From Candidatus Poribacteria bacterium (GTDB lineage Bacteria; Poribacteria; WGA-4E; WGA-3G), in assembly GCA_009841255.1 (NCBI GenBank), contig VXMD01000038.1, positions 6,177 through 70,176 on the forward strand: a stretch of 64,000 bases of DNA, written 5' to 3'. How positions within the stretch are numbered: position 1 is the first letter of the stretch; every line of letters starts with the position of its first letter. Positions 45,947 to 54,606 of the stretch are shown one piece after another. The notes under the pieces were generated by a model. That model had not been told where the DNA came from, did not search any database, and worked only from the letters and a program-made list of their open reading frames with translations. Made by a program: the position numbers and the translations under genes.

Positions 45947-47362
45947 ATGACCAACATGCCGAGGCTCGTCGTTGAAGTCTTTGAACACGTAAATTTTCAT
46001 GGACGTAAGGTCACGCTGGTGAATTCTATCCCGAACACTGGAGAGATTGGTGCCCAAGATATTATCTCTTCGATTAAAATCTACAAGGGACCCGGGTTCA
46101 ACGCGTCCCCCAACTACAAAGCCGTCTTTCATGAGCATGATAACTATAAGGGACGCCGGTTGGTGCTTGCTCCAGGGTTTTATCCAAATATTCATGACAT
46201 CCCCTACAACTTCGGAGACGCGATTACGTCTATCAGTTTTAGCCCATCGGCGCATCCAACACCGCCAGAGTATGGCGCGGTGCCTGTAATCATCGAAGTG
46301 TTTCAGGACGTGGATTATAACGGGCAACGGAGTGTGATCATGCGCGATGTTAGTTCGATGTTCGATATCGGTATGAACGACACCGTTTCGTCAATTCGCA
46401 TCCAGCGCGGTCCCAGTTTTCCGTTCAGCGGCTGTCACGTCATTTTCTATGAGCACGTTAACTTTGAAGGGCGGCGGTTGAACCTAAACCTAAGTTCACA
46501 AGAATTTCAGTTGGCACTTCGGAACCTCAGGGCACTTCCACATTCGCAATCATTTTCAGATATTATTTCTTCGATAAAAATTGTGCCGTTAGGCGTATTC
46601 CGTGTGCTGATTGTTGTGGGTGATAATGCAACAGGCGAGCCAGCAATATTGGAGTCTCTCACCTCTGTTGAAGGGTTAGAATTCCAATTTACGACCGTGC
46701 ACATTAATGACAATCCTGACAATCGTGGGGACCCTAACAATGCCATCAAGCTCTCAAGCATTACACTTTCAGAGTATGACATCATCTGGTTTACTTGGAA
46801 CGCAACCGGGCATAATGGAGAATACTTTGTTGAAGATGCAGATCAGGCAATTCAGGAGTTCGTTCGGAAGGGCGGAATTGTTTGGGCTTCCGCAATGGAT
46901 AACAATATCACACCCCCCGATGGTGTCCATACGACGGAGCCTGCCTGGCGTGGCGACTGGTTACCGGTGAATCGCCACCCAATTCGTGTAATTAATTCTC
47001 AGGATGGAAACGTGAAGATCACCGATGACGGTCAAAAAACAGGTATGTTTACCTGGCCCCATAAGGTGAATGTAGATACACTCGTAACCGATGATCACTG
47101 GGTGACAAACGACGGAAGCTACCGAAGATTGGCTGTCAGAGAGGATAACGAGGATCCGATCAGTGTGCAGTTACAATGGGGAGACGGATATTATGTTGCT
47201 TTTGCAGTGGATACCCGTGATACATATCGGACGACTATCGCGAGACCTCTCATTGAGAATGCTCTCTGTTACTTAGCAAATCTTGCATGGCAGACGTCCC
47301 CACGCCAACCGCTCAAAGGGCGGTACCGGACCCATCTCAGTAGCGAGACAATTTTTCGGTAA
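45947..47362 (+). CDS. Protein with two beta-gamma-crystallin (Greek-key) domains and a C-terminal ThuA/GATase1-like domain. No signal peptide.
   Basis: ATG at 45947 with AAGGAG RBS. VVEVFEHVNFHGRKVTL...IISSIKIY...AVFHEHDNYKGRRLVL and VIIEVFQDVDYNGQRSVI...TVSSIRIQ...VIFYEHVNFEGRRLNL. Ca-binding-like (N/D)(N/D)xxSS motifs. Confidence 0.7.
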   Translation: MTNMPRLVVEVFEHVNFHGRKVTLVNSIPNTGEIGAQDIISSIKIYKGPGFNASPNYKAVFHEHDNYKGRRLVLAPGFYPNIHDIPYNFGDAITSISFSPSAHPTPPEYGAVPVIIEVFQDVDYNGQRSVIMRDVSSMFDIGMNDTVSSIRIQRGPSFPFSGCHVIFYEHVNFEGRRLNLNLSSQEFQLALRNLRALPHSQSFSDIISSIKIVPLGVFRVLIVVGDNATGEPAILESLTSVEGLEFQFTTVHINDNPDNRGDPNNAIKLSSITLSEYDIIWFTWNATGHNGEYFVEDADQAIQEFVRKGGIVWASAMDNNITPPDGVHTTEPAWRGDWLPVNRHPIRVINSQDGNVKITDDGQKTGMFTWPHKVNVDTLVTDDHWVTNDGSYRRLAVREDNEDPISVQLQWGDGYYVAFAVDTRDTYRTTIARPLIENALCYLANLAWQTSPRQPLKGRYRTHLSSETIFR

Positions 47363-47433
47363 AATTTTTTAGATGCGTATCGAACGATGCCCAGATTTTA
47401 ATAGTTAGAAAATCATTCTATAGGAGAGATTGA

Positions 47434-49734
47434 ATGCGTTTCATTGCTGCTATCGTTTTCTTAATAGCTGTAGCAATCGCTGTTGGTTGGTTTGCATATC
47501 AAAACCTTGACCGTTTTGGACAGAACCAAGTCATACGGTGGTTAACAGTTATTCTCTTCGTATTATTCGCGAGTCTGGCTACCTTTGCGGCGACAGTTAT
47601 CCGCTACCGTATACCCAAAGCCGATATTGCACTCGTGCGGACAGGTGGTGCGAGAGAGAAAATTCGTATTACCGGGGGTCTCTGGGTTAACACCATCATC
47701 CATGAAATCAAAGAGATCTCTCTCAATACGATGCGAATTGAAGTGATTCGAGAAGGTCCAGAGGCTCTGATTACCTACGACTTTAACCGCGGTGATGTCG
47801 AGGTGGTTTTCTACCTTAAGGTCGAACCTGAAGAAACCGATATTTTACGCGCTGCGCAAGCACTCGGCGATAAATCTATGACCCCAGAAACCGTCCGCGA
47901 ATTAATTGAACCGAAGCTTGAGGGTGCCTTGCGAAGTGTCGCAGCCGAAAGTGATATTCAAGACCTCCTCCAGAAACGCCAAGAGTTTGCTGACAAAGTG
48001 CAATCCGCATGCGGTGAGGATCTCGAAATCCAAAACGGATTAACCCTCGAAACCGTATCTATTATACGAGTAGATCAGACCCCTGTCGAAACCCTTGATG
48101 CCGAAAACCGATTTGATGCTGTTGGTATCCGTGAAATCACCGAAATTACGGCTGAGCAGGAACGCGAAAAAGAACGGATTGTACAGGAAAAAGAGGTCGC
48201 CATTGTCCAAATCGAGGTCGATGCCCGTATACAGAAACTTGAAGCCGAACAACAACAGGCATGGGCAGAATCCGATCAACAGAAAAATATTGCTATCTAT
48301 GCGGCTGAACGGGAAGCAGAGACCCTTAAATTCCAATTTGAGATGGAACAGGGTGTGCAGGAACGTGAATACGAGATGAAGCAAGAGGTTGAACGCGCCC
48401 GTATCAGACAGGAACAAGTCATCCAGGAACGCGAGATCGAGATGAACCGTGACATCGAAGTCGCTCGCGTCCAGCAGGAACAGATCGTCGCCGAGCGTGA
48501 AATTGAGAAGAACCTCATTGTTGAGACACAACAGATTGAGCAATCCAAAGTTGTACAACTCGCCGAAATTGAACAACACCTCGTCGTCCAAATGCAGCGA
48601 ATCGCGCAGGAACAGACGATTGCTGTTCGCGAAATTGAGAAAGTCTTGACGGTCGAGAAAGCCCGTATTGCCCAGGAAGAAGGGGTGATGTTACGGGATA
48701 TTGAGCGCGAGTTGGCAGTGCAAACGGCACGTCTGAGTCAAGAACAGCAGGTCCAACAACGCGAAATTGAGAAGAACCTCGTCGTTGAAACCGCACAGAT
48801 TGACCAGATGCGTCAAGTCGAACTCGCAGAAGTTGCCAAAACCTTGACTGTAGAGATAGCACGAATCGCCCAAGAGCAACAGATTGAAACCCGCGATATT
48901 GAAAAACAACTCGCCGTAGAAAGGGCACGTATCGCCCAAGAAGAGGGCATCTCCTTGCGGGATATTGAGCGAGACCTCACAGTGCAGACGACACGTTTCA
49001 GTCAAGAGCAACAGGTCCAACAGCGTGAAATTGAGAAGAACCTCGTCATTGAAACCGCACAGATTGATCAGATGCGACAGGTTTCACTCGCCGAGATTGC
49101 TAAAACCTTGACAGTGGAGCAGACTCGCATCAATCAGGAATTACAGGTCGCCTTAACCGACGAGGATCGGAAGATCGATGTTGCCAACAAACAGCAGGTA
49201 ACGGCACTTGCGGAGAAAGAACAGTTAGTTGCGGAAGCTGAACGCATGGGCGCAGAAGTGAATGTGACGGCAACAGAACAGGTGAAAGAGGCTGAATGGC
49301 AGCGCGAGGTCGCAATCATTGGTGCGGAAGCACAAGCACAGCCGATCGAACGTCTTGCCGATGCTGTCCTTGCCGAGGCGCGTGCGAAAGCACAAGGCGA
49401 GATGGCAGAATATGAAGCTCGAAATGTTGCTGAACAACGCGTCCTCGTCCAAGAGGCAATTATGGAACTCATTGATGAAGCTCCTGATATTATTGAGGAG
49501 CTCATGAAACCTGTTGAAAAAATCGACAGCATCAAGATCCTGGATATGGGGAATAATGACGGACAAGGCGGGATCAACCGGAGCAATATGGGGAGACTTG
49601 CAAATGCCTTGCTCGATACGGGTGCTATCTCTCCTATGCTTAAGGAACTGTTTAACTTCGCGGACGTAGATGCACAACAGATTACGGACAAAATCGCTGA
49701 ATATCTATCGGATCTCGTCAATCGTCCGAGTTAA
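47434..49734 (+). CDS. Flotillin/SPFH (band-7) family protein (YqiK/FloT-like) with an expanded coiled-coil repeat region.
   Basis: N-terminal two TM plus SPFH domain (IALVRTGGAREKIRITGGLWVNTIIHE). About three tandem 88-aa (264-nt) repeats QVQQREIEKNLV(V/I)ETAQIDQMRQV.LAE(V/I)AKTLTVE... across ~48490-49270. Confidence 0.8.
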   Translation: MRFIAAIVFLIAVAIAVGWFAYQNLDRFGQNQVIRWLTVILFVLFASLATFAATVIRYRIPKADIALVRTGGAREKIRITGGLWVNTIIHEIKEISLNTMRIEVIREGPEALITYDFNRGDVEVVFYLKVEPEETDILRAAQALGDKSMTPETVRELIEPKLEGALRSVAAESDIQDLLQKRQEFADKVQSACGEDLEIQNGLTLETVSIIRVDQTPVETLDAENRFDAVGIREITEITAEQEREKERIVQEKEVAIVQIEVDARIQKLEAEQQQAWAESDQQKNIAIYAAEREAETLKFQFEMEQGVQEREYEMKQEVERARIRQEQVIQEREIEMNRDIEVARVQQEQIVAEREIEKNLIVETQQIEQSKVVQLAEIEQHLVVQMQRIAQEQTIAVREIEKVLTVEKARIAQEEGVMLRDIERELAVQTARLSQEQQVQQREIEKNLVVETAQIDQMRQVELAEVAKTLTVEIARIAQEQQIETRDIEKQLAVERARIAQEEGISLRDIERDLTVQTTRFSQEQQVQQREIEKNLVIETAQIDQMRQVSLAEIAKTLTVEQTRINQELQVALTDEDRKIDVANKQQVTALAEKEQLVAEAERMGAEVNVTATEQVKEAEWQREVAIIGAEAQAQPIERLADAVLAEARAKAQGEMAEYEARNVAEQRVLVQEAIMELIDEAPDIIEELMKPVEKIDSIKILDMGNNDGQGGINRSNMGRLANALLDTGAISPMLKELFNFADVDAQQITDKIAEYLSDLVNRPS
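48490..49270 (+). repeat. Coding tandem repeat, period 264 nt (88 aa), about three copies within the flotillin gene.
   Basis: caacgcgaaattgagaagaacctcgtcgttgaaaccgcacagattgaccagatgcg at ~48758 and cagcgtgaaattgagaagaacctcgtcattgaaaccgcacagattgatcagatgcg at ~49021. This also explains the many spurious antisense ORFs here. Confidence 0.7.
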
Positions 49735-49766
49735 CCCTCTTCACTGATTCCCTTTTTAGAAGAAAT

Positions 49767-51062
49767 ATGCGACATCAGCGATACCAAACTTCAAACAGAA
49801 AGCCTAAGCGCCAACGATGTCGGACGTGTCGTTCAGATAATGGTAAGCGGATCTGTCCGGCACTCAGCGGTATGTTAATTTGCCCGGAATGTTGTAGAGC
49901 CAAACGTGCCAAGATCCCCGGCTGCGATGAGAAATGCCGATATTACGCACCACTTCTTGTCTCAAGTAGAGCTCATAAAACACCTGATTTTCCATTGCAT
50001 CGGTGCCTCATCAGTCGTTCTAAGGATACCGGCATGTTAATCGTGGTGGGTACCCGGAAACGCCCAGACGGGAATCTGAAGGCAATGTTCCTGCTCCTGG
50101 ACCTCTGGAAGAAAGGCATCCGAGATTGTTTTTTTGACGCAAAGCTTTCTGAGAAACAGTTTGAGAAGGTATCACAACGGATTGCGAAGAATTACAATCT
50201 CATGGAACCCACAGAACCCGATGATGAGGAACCTAAAGAACTCGTTCGCCTCCCAAAGGATACACTTGTCATTGAAGCGGATGCCGCGATTCATCTCGAT
50301 AAGGGGGTGAGAATGGTTGGGCATGAAGAAGCTTCCGGTGGAAAAGCCATCGACAGTTTGAAGGGGGCGCGGGCAATACACGAAATTTATATCCCTAAAA
50401 CGGGAAGGTGGTACCTCTGGGCGCGGGCATTTTTTGAATGGAGTAAAGACTCATATTGGATCGGTATGGATGACGCCCTCGCAAAACCGTGGGATAGAGA
50501 TGGTGGACCAGGGGCGATTCGCATTTGTCCCGACCCGGACGATACTTCTAAATGGCATCGCTGGTTATGGAATACTGGACCCGATAGTGTCGTAAATACC
50601 AAGCAAGGGATCAATCCAGCTTTTTTCCAGATTAAACGGGCAGGCTACTACCGTCTCTGGTCGAAAGGAAGGGAAGCCGGTTCACGCTTGGACCAGATTT
50701 TGCTTACCCGTGCTCGCGATTTTAACACGCAAACTGAAACAGAAGGGAAATCGCTTCCAGTTAAGTACGCACCCCACCCATACGAGCCTGCTTCCATCCA
50801 CGAATGCCAAACACTCATCCGCCACGCTGTGCAGATCGCGACCGCCGTCAACACCGAACTCCCTTGGGAATTTAAATACTGGCTTCAGGATGTATGGGGG
50901 GACATTACGCAATTCCCAGAAACGGAAGGTTCACTTTACAAATGTCCCAAATGTGCAGCCGATCTGCCGCAACAGGCAGTCGATCTCATGATACAACATG
51001 CCCAATCCGATGATATCCAGTTCTATATCTTGTGCAGGAAGTGCGGAGGCGAGTTTGATTAA
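49767..51062 (+). CDS. Hypothetical Cys-rich protein with N-terminal basic CxxC clusters and a C-terminal zinc-ribbon (CPKC...CRKC).
   Basis: RCRTCRSDNGKRICPALSGMLICPECCRAKRAKIPGCDEKCRYY at the N-terminus. YKCPKCAAD...ILCRKCGGEFD at the C-terminus. The stop overlaps the start of the next gene. Confidence 0.5.
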   Translation: MRHQRYQTSNRKPKRQRCRTCRSDNGKRICPALSGMLICPECCRAKRAKIPGCDEKCRYYAPLLVSSRAHKTPDFPLHRCLISRSKDTGMLIVVGTRKRPDGNLKAMFLLLDLWKKGIRDCFFDAKLSEKQFEKVSQRIAKNYNLMEPTEPDDEEPKELVRLPKDTLVIEADAAIHLDKGVRMVGHEEASGGKAIDSLKGARAIHEIYIPKTGRWYLWARAFFEWSKDSYWIGMDDALAKPWDRDGGPGAIRICPDPDDTSKWHRWLWNTGPDSVVNTKQGINPAFFQIKRAGYYRLWSKGREAGSRLDQILLTRARDFNTQTETEGKSLPVKYAPHPYEPASIHECQTLIRHAVQIATAVNTELPWEFKYWLQDVWGDITQFPETEGSLYKCPKCAADLPQQAVDLMIQHAQSDDIQFYILCRKCGGEFD

Positions 51063-53217
51063 GCGCGTTTTAGTTCTGCATTGCCTCTCTTCGTCTATAC
51101 GCATAATCTTGCAGAGTGTGACTGTCGGTCTCATCGCCTTTGTCCTCTTTCCCTCTCTAAGCATCGCTGCACCGCCAAATCCATATCTCTATTTTAATAA
51201 AGATTCAGCAAGTGGGGAATTCGTGCCGAAAACACCTCAAAGCAGGGCAGCGTTTTTTGAGGCTCTTGAGGGATGCTGCTTCGCCAGAGAACAAGGAGTC
51301 TTGCAGTCGGATGGCATAGAATATGTTCTCGCTTTGAAAATAGATTTTGCTGATATGCCCGGACGTAGGGAAGGGGCAGCGTTCGATAAATATCTTTTTG
51401 CATCGGAAGGTATTTCCCTCAAAACGTATTATCGTGAAAATTCTTATGGACAGATGGATATCCAACCCGGTCCGATGGGGGGAGTTATCCCAAAAGGCAA
51501 CACATGGATTCGTGCCAAAAAACCGATGACTTACTACGGCGAAGGCGTAAGAATCCTTGGACGCTACCGAGAATTGGTCCGTGAAGCGTGCGCGGCTGTA
51601 GACGCAACCGTTGACTTTTCAAAATATGACAGGGACAATGACGGAATCGTCGACCACGTTATCCTTATCCATTCAGGTAATGACCAAGCCTCCACAGGTG
51701 TTATTGATTATGACATCCAATCGCTTCTCATATCCGCCGTCAATGCTGTTCATGATGGCGTCCGTGTCAATACCGCTGCCATTGTCGCTGAGGAACCCGA
51801 TTTTGAACACCCTCACTTGGGAATCTATTTCCACGAGTTCTTCCACGACTTCGGTGCTCCCGACGTTTATAACTTTGACTTCACAGATGCCCGCGACCAT
51901 AAATGGGGATTGATGAGCCAATTTGGGCCCTATCAAGGTCCGGAGGCATTAGGGATCGGGAACGGTTTACAGCCGAGCCATATTATGGGATACCTCAAAT
52001 GGGATTTTGATGCGCGCCCCCAAAATGGGCGTCTCGGTTGGATTCAACCCGTTCAGATAACGCAAAACCAACAGATTGATGTTCCGAGTTTTGAACTTGG
52101 ACCTAAAACCGATAAGCTTTTCAAAATTGATATTCATTCGTCAACGACTCCCGTTCGTGGAGAAGCGGTAGAATTCTTTCTCATAGAACATCGGAACAAA
52201 GCATCAGGGGCGACTTTTGATACCTATCTTCCTGAATCGGGTATCCTGATTTGGCATATTGACGAGACGAACCCTTATCCGATTGGGACGTTCGATGCCT
52301 CTCAACAGATTTGGCTTGAAGATCCATCAGATCCAGAACATCTCGGTATCTATCAGCAAGATGATGTCGAACTTATAGATATACAAACAGTAACTGACGG
52401 TGCCGCATACTCCGCGAATGATCAACAGACGGCTTTTACACCTGGAACCGTCCCAAATAGTAACGCCAACGACGGCACTGTAACCGGTATTTCTATCACG
52501 AATATCGGACCGGAAGGTCCTACAATTCCGATTCTTGTGTCGTTCGGTGATACTTACGAACCGAACGACACATTTGCGATTGCTTTCCCTATTACATACG
52601 GACAGACGTATGAATCTTTTCTGTTCGATTTAGACGATACGCGTGATGTCTACAAATTGGAAGCAACTCGCGGCATTACAATTTTGGTGACATTGGCAGA
52701 CATCCCGCCGGGCAAAAACTACCGCTTGTTTCTCCATGCAGCAACCGGTGAGATCGTCGCTACTGGGGAAAATGCAACCGACATCGGCGGACTGAAACTC
52801 ATCTATCAACCCAGTACGACAGATACATTCTATATTGTCGTGGAATCAGAAGGTGGATTCAGCAATGTTGATTCTTACCGTTTGCGTGTAGAGCAACTTC
52901 AGGCAGGAGATTTCGCACTTGATGCAATAAAGGTATATCCAAACCCCCTCTTTATCGGCGATTCAGCCGTAACATTTGCCTATCAGTTGTCTGCTTCGCA
53001 GGTTGCTGATAATATTAGCCTCGAGATTTTCATCCCGACGGGGGATCTTGTCTATAATGAAACGCGCGAAATTGTGGGGACGCAAGGTAAATTTGAATGG
53101 CACCCTGTAACACGCAATGGTACCTCTCTGGCACCCGGCATTTATATCTATCGTATTTCTGCGATGCAGGCGGAGGTACTCGTCCAAGAAATTGGGAAGT
53201 TGAGTATTGTAAAATGA
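51055..53217 (+). CDS. Secreted M6 (immune-inhibitor-A-like) zinc metalloprotease with a PPC domain and a T9SS-type C-terminal sorting domain.
   Basis: Probable TTG start at 51055 with GGAGG 5 nt upstream, overlapping the previous stop. The ORF-track ATG at 50998 is an alternative. HEFFHDFGAPDVYN (HExxH...D.Y). PPC-like region (YKLEATRGITILV...DSYRLRV). C-terminal YPNPL...GIYIYRISA...KLSIVK. Confidence 0.7.
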   Translation: MIKRVLVLHCLSSSIRIILQSVTVGLIAFVLFPSLSIAAPPNPYLYFNKDSASGEFVPKTPQSRAAFFEALEGCCFAREQGVLQSDGIEYVLALKIDFADMPGRREGAAFDKYLFASEGISLKTYYRENSYGQMDIQPGPMGGVIPKGNTWIRAKKPMTYYGEGVRILGRYRELVREACAAVDATVDFSKYDRDNDGIVDHVILIHSGNDQASTGVIDYDIQSLLISAVNAVHDGVRVNTAAIVAEEPDFEHPHLGIYFHEFFHDFGAPDVYNFDFTDARDHKWGLMSQFGPYQGPEALGIGNGLQPSHIMGYLKWDFDARPQNGRLGWIQPVQITQNQQIDVPSFELGPKTDKLFKIDIHSSTTPVRGEAVEFFLIEHRNKASGATFDTYLPESGILIWHIDETNPYPIGTFDASQQIWLEDPSDPEHLGIYQQDDVELIDIQTVTDGAAYSANDQQTAFTPGTVPNSNANDGTVTGISITNIGPEGPTIPILVSFGDTYEPNDTFAIAFPITYGQTYESFLFDLDDTRDVYKLEATRGITILVTLADIPPGKNYRLFLHAATGEIVATGENATDIGGLKLIYQPSTTDTFYIVVESEGGFSNVDSYRLRVEQLQAGDFALDAIKVYPNPLFIGDSAVTFAYQLSASQVADNISLEIFIPTGDLVYNETREIVGTQGKFEWHPVTRNGTSLAPGIYIYRISAMQAEVLVQEIGKLSIVK

Positions 53218-53461
53218 TTGCAATAAATTCTTCTTACATATTCCTTGACTAAAAATTGCAGTTATGCTATTCTAAAAACATAAAATCAGTTTTGATGCAC
53301 CATTTTTATCGAATTTTCCGAGTCTAAAAACCGAATTTCAATCGGTGGATACAGGCTCGCCTTCGTAAATAAATCTATGGCATTTGGATTTGTAAGAGTG
53401 ACTCTCAATAGTCAACAGTTTTGCCATTCGGAGAATGGTAACCAAGGAGGCAATATCATCA

Positions 53462-54514
53462 ATGAAATGGTTGAATAAATTCACAGTACTCAATCTTGGA
53501 CTGCTATTTGCGCTCGCCTTTAGCGTTGCGGGTTGTGGTACGGCACTCAGCAACTTATCACCGATTCAACCCGTGCATAACATAGCGGCAGCATTGGAGC
53601 AACAAAGTGCAAACCCGACTGAAGAGGTCATTGTTCCGGCTGTCCCTTCTGAGGCACTCGCGAAGCCAGTGCTTGACCAATTTGGTATGAGTACCGTCGG
53701 ATTCCGAATTGGGAAAGCGCGCGATGCCAATATGGAAGCATTAACCTATATATTTGCGTTCGACGAATATGCACACGCCGAGGAGCAGTGGAGTGATTTC
53801 CTCAATGCGTGGACGGACACGCAAACAGTGATTGAAAGGGGCACCGGTGAAGATAGGAAGGTCGTCGATGTCATCATGCTGTCTGACCATCCGGAACTGT
53901 TTGATGTGCAGTCGAGACAGCCCATTCTAACGAAGACTGAAGATGGGATTACCGTTTCTATCGCGTACTGGCGGCGACCCGATCTCGACCGGAAGTACAA
54001 TCGCGGAAATGCTTTTTCACCTTTTTATGAGACGGAAGCACTCCATCAAGGCGACAAAACAGATGTGTTTTACGTGAAGATTACTAACAATCGGAGTGAA
54101 CACGTTATCTTTGATGTGAAAAAATGCAAAATCATCGACCAAGACGAAAACATCTATAACGGTATGAATTACGATGATTTAAAGGAACGTTTCACGTACA
54201 TGGCGCGCGCAACAGGGCTCTATGTCACAAATGGGCTTGAAACTGCACGGCGGATCCTCATCGAAAAACGGATGCCTATTGTTGAAAAACAGGTGGGTAC
54301 ACGCCGAACAGGTATTCCGCCCGGTGAGAGTTCAGAAGGGTTCCTTCCATTTGTGCAGACGAAGCTGAATGCGCTCGAATTAAAGGTTGTGCTCCCCATC
54401 GAAAAGGCACCACCTCCAGGAGCCGCACAGCGCTATCGAACGATAGAATTTGATTTCCCCTTCACCCATGATCGAGGGATTCGCGTCGCTCAACCATCTC
54501 CTAAACGCTATTAA
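53462..54514 (+). CDS. Hypothetical lipoprotein.
   Basis: ATG at 53462 with AAGGAGG RBS. Lipobox LAFSVAGC. Confidence 0.5.
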   Translation: MKWLNKFTVLNLGLLFALAFSVAGCGTALSNLSPIQPVHNIAAALEQQSANPTEEVIVPAVPSEALAKPVLDQFGMSTVGFRIGKARDANMEALTYIFAFDEYAHAEEQWSDFLNAWTDTQTVIERGTGEDRKVVDVIMLSDHPELFDVQSRQPILTKTEDGITVSIAYWRRPDLDRKYNRGNAFSPFYETEALHQGDKTDVFYVKITNNRSEHVIFDVKKCKIIDQDENIYNGMNYDDLKERFTYMARATGLYVTNGLETARRILIEKRMPIVEKQVGTRRTGIPPGESSEGFLPFVQTKLNALELKVVLPIEKAPPPGAAQRYRTIEFDFPFTHDRGIRVAQPSPKRY

Positions 54515-54570
54515 TTAGAGTAGCGTTCGCTGACAGAAAATAGCATTTCGGGCTATTTACAAGCAATAAA

Positions 54571-54606
54571 GATGCCCGTGGCATACGGACCACGGGCATC
54601 TTTTTT
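54571..54606. terminator. Bidirectional Rho-independent terminator: GATGCCCGTGG-catacgga-CCACGGGCATC plus TTTTTTATT.
   Basis: 11-bp perfect stem. Lies between convergent genes 53462..54514 (+) and 54605..56593 (-). Confidence 0.75.

Noticed and set aside
48040-49721. Long antisense ORFs (183, 137, 195, 150 aa) opposite the flotillin gene, and a possible CRISPR-like periodicity
   Set aside because: The 264-nt periodic units are coding tandem repeats (Glu/Gln/Arg-rich coiled coil) inside one long ORF. The repeats are not separated by unique spacers and have no CRISPR repeat features. The antisense ORFs are a by-product of biased codon composition.
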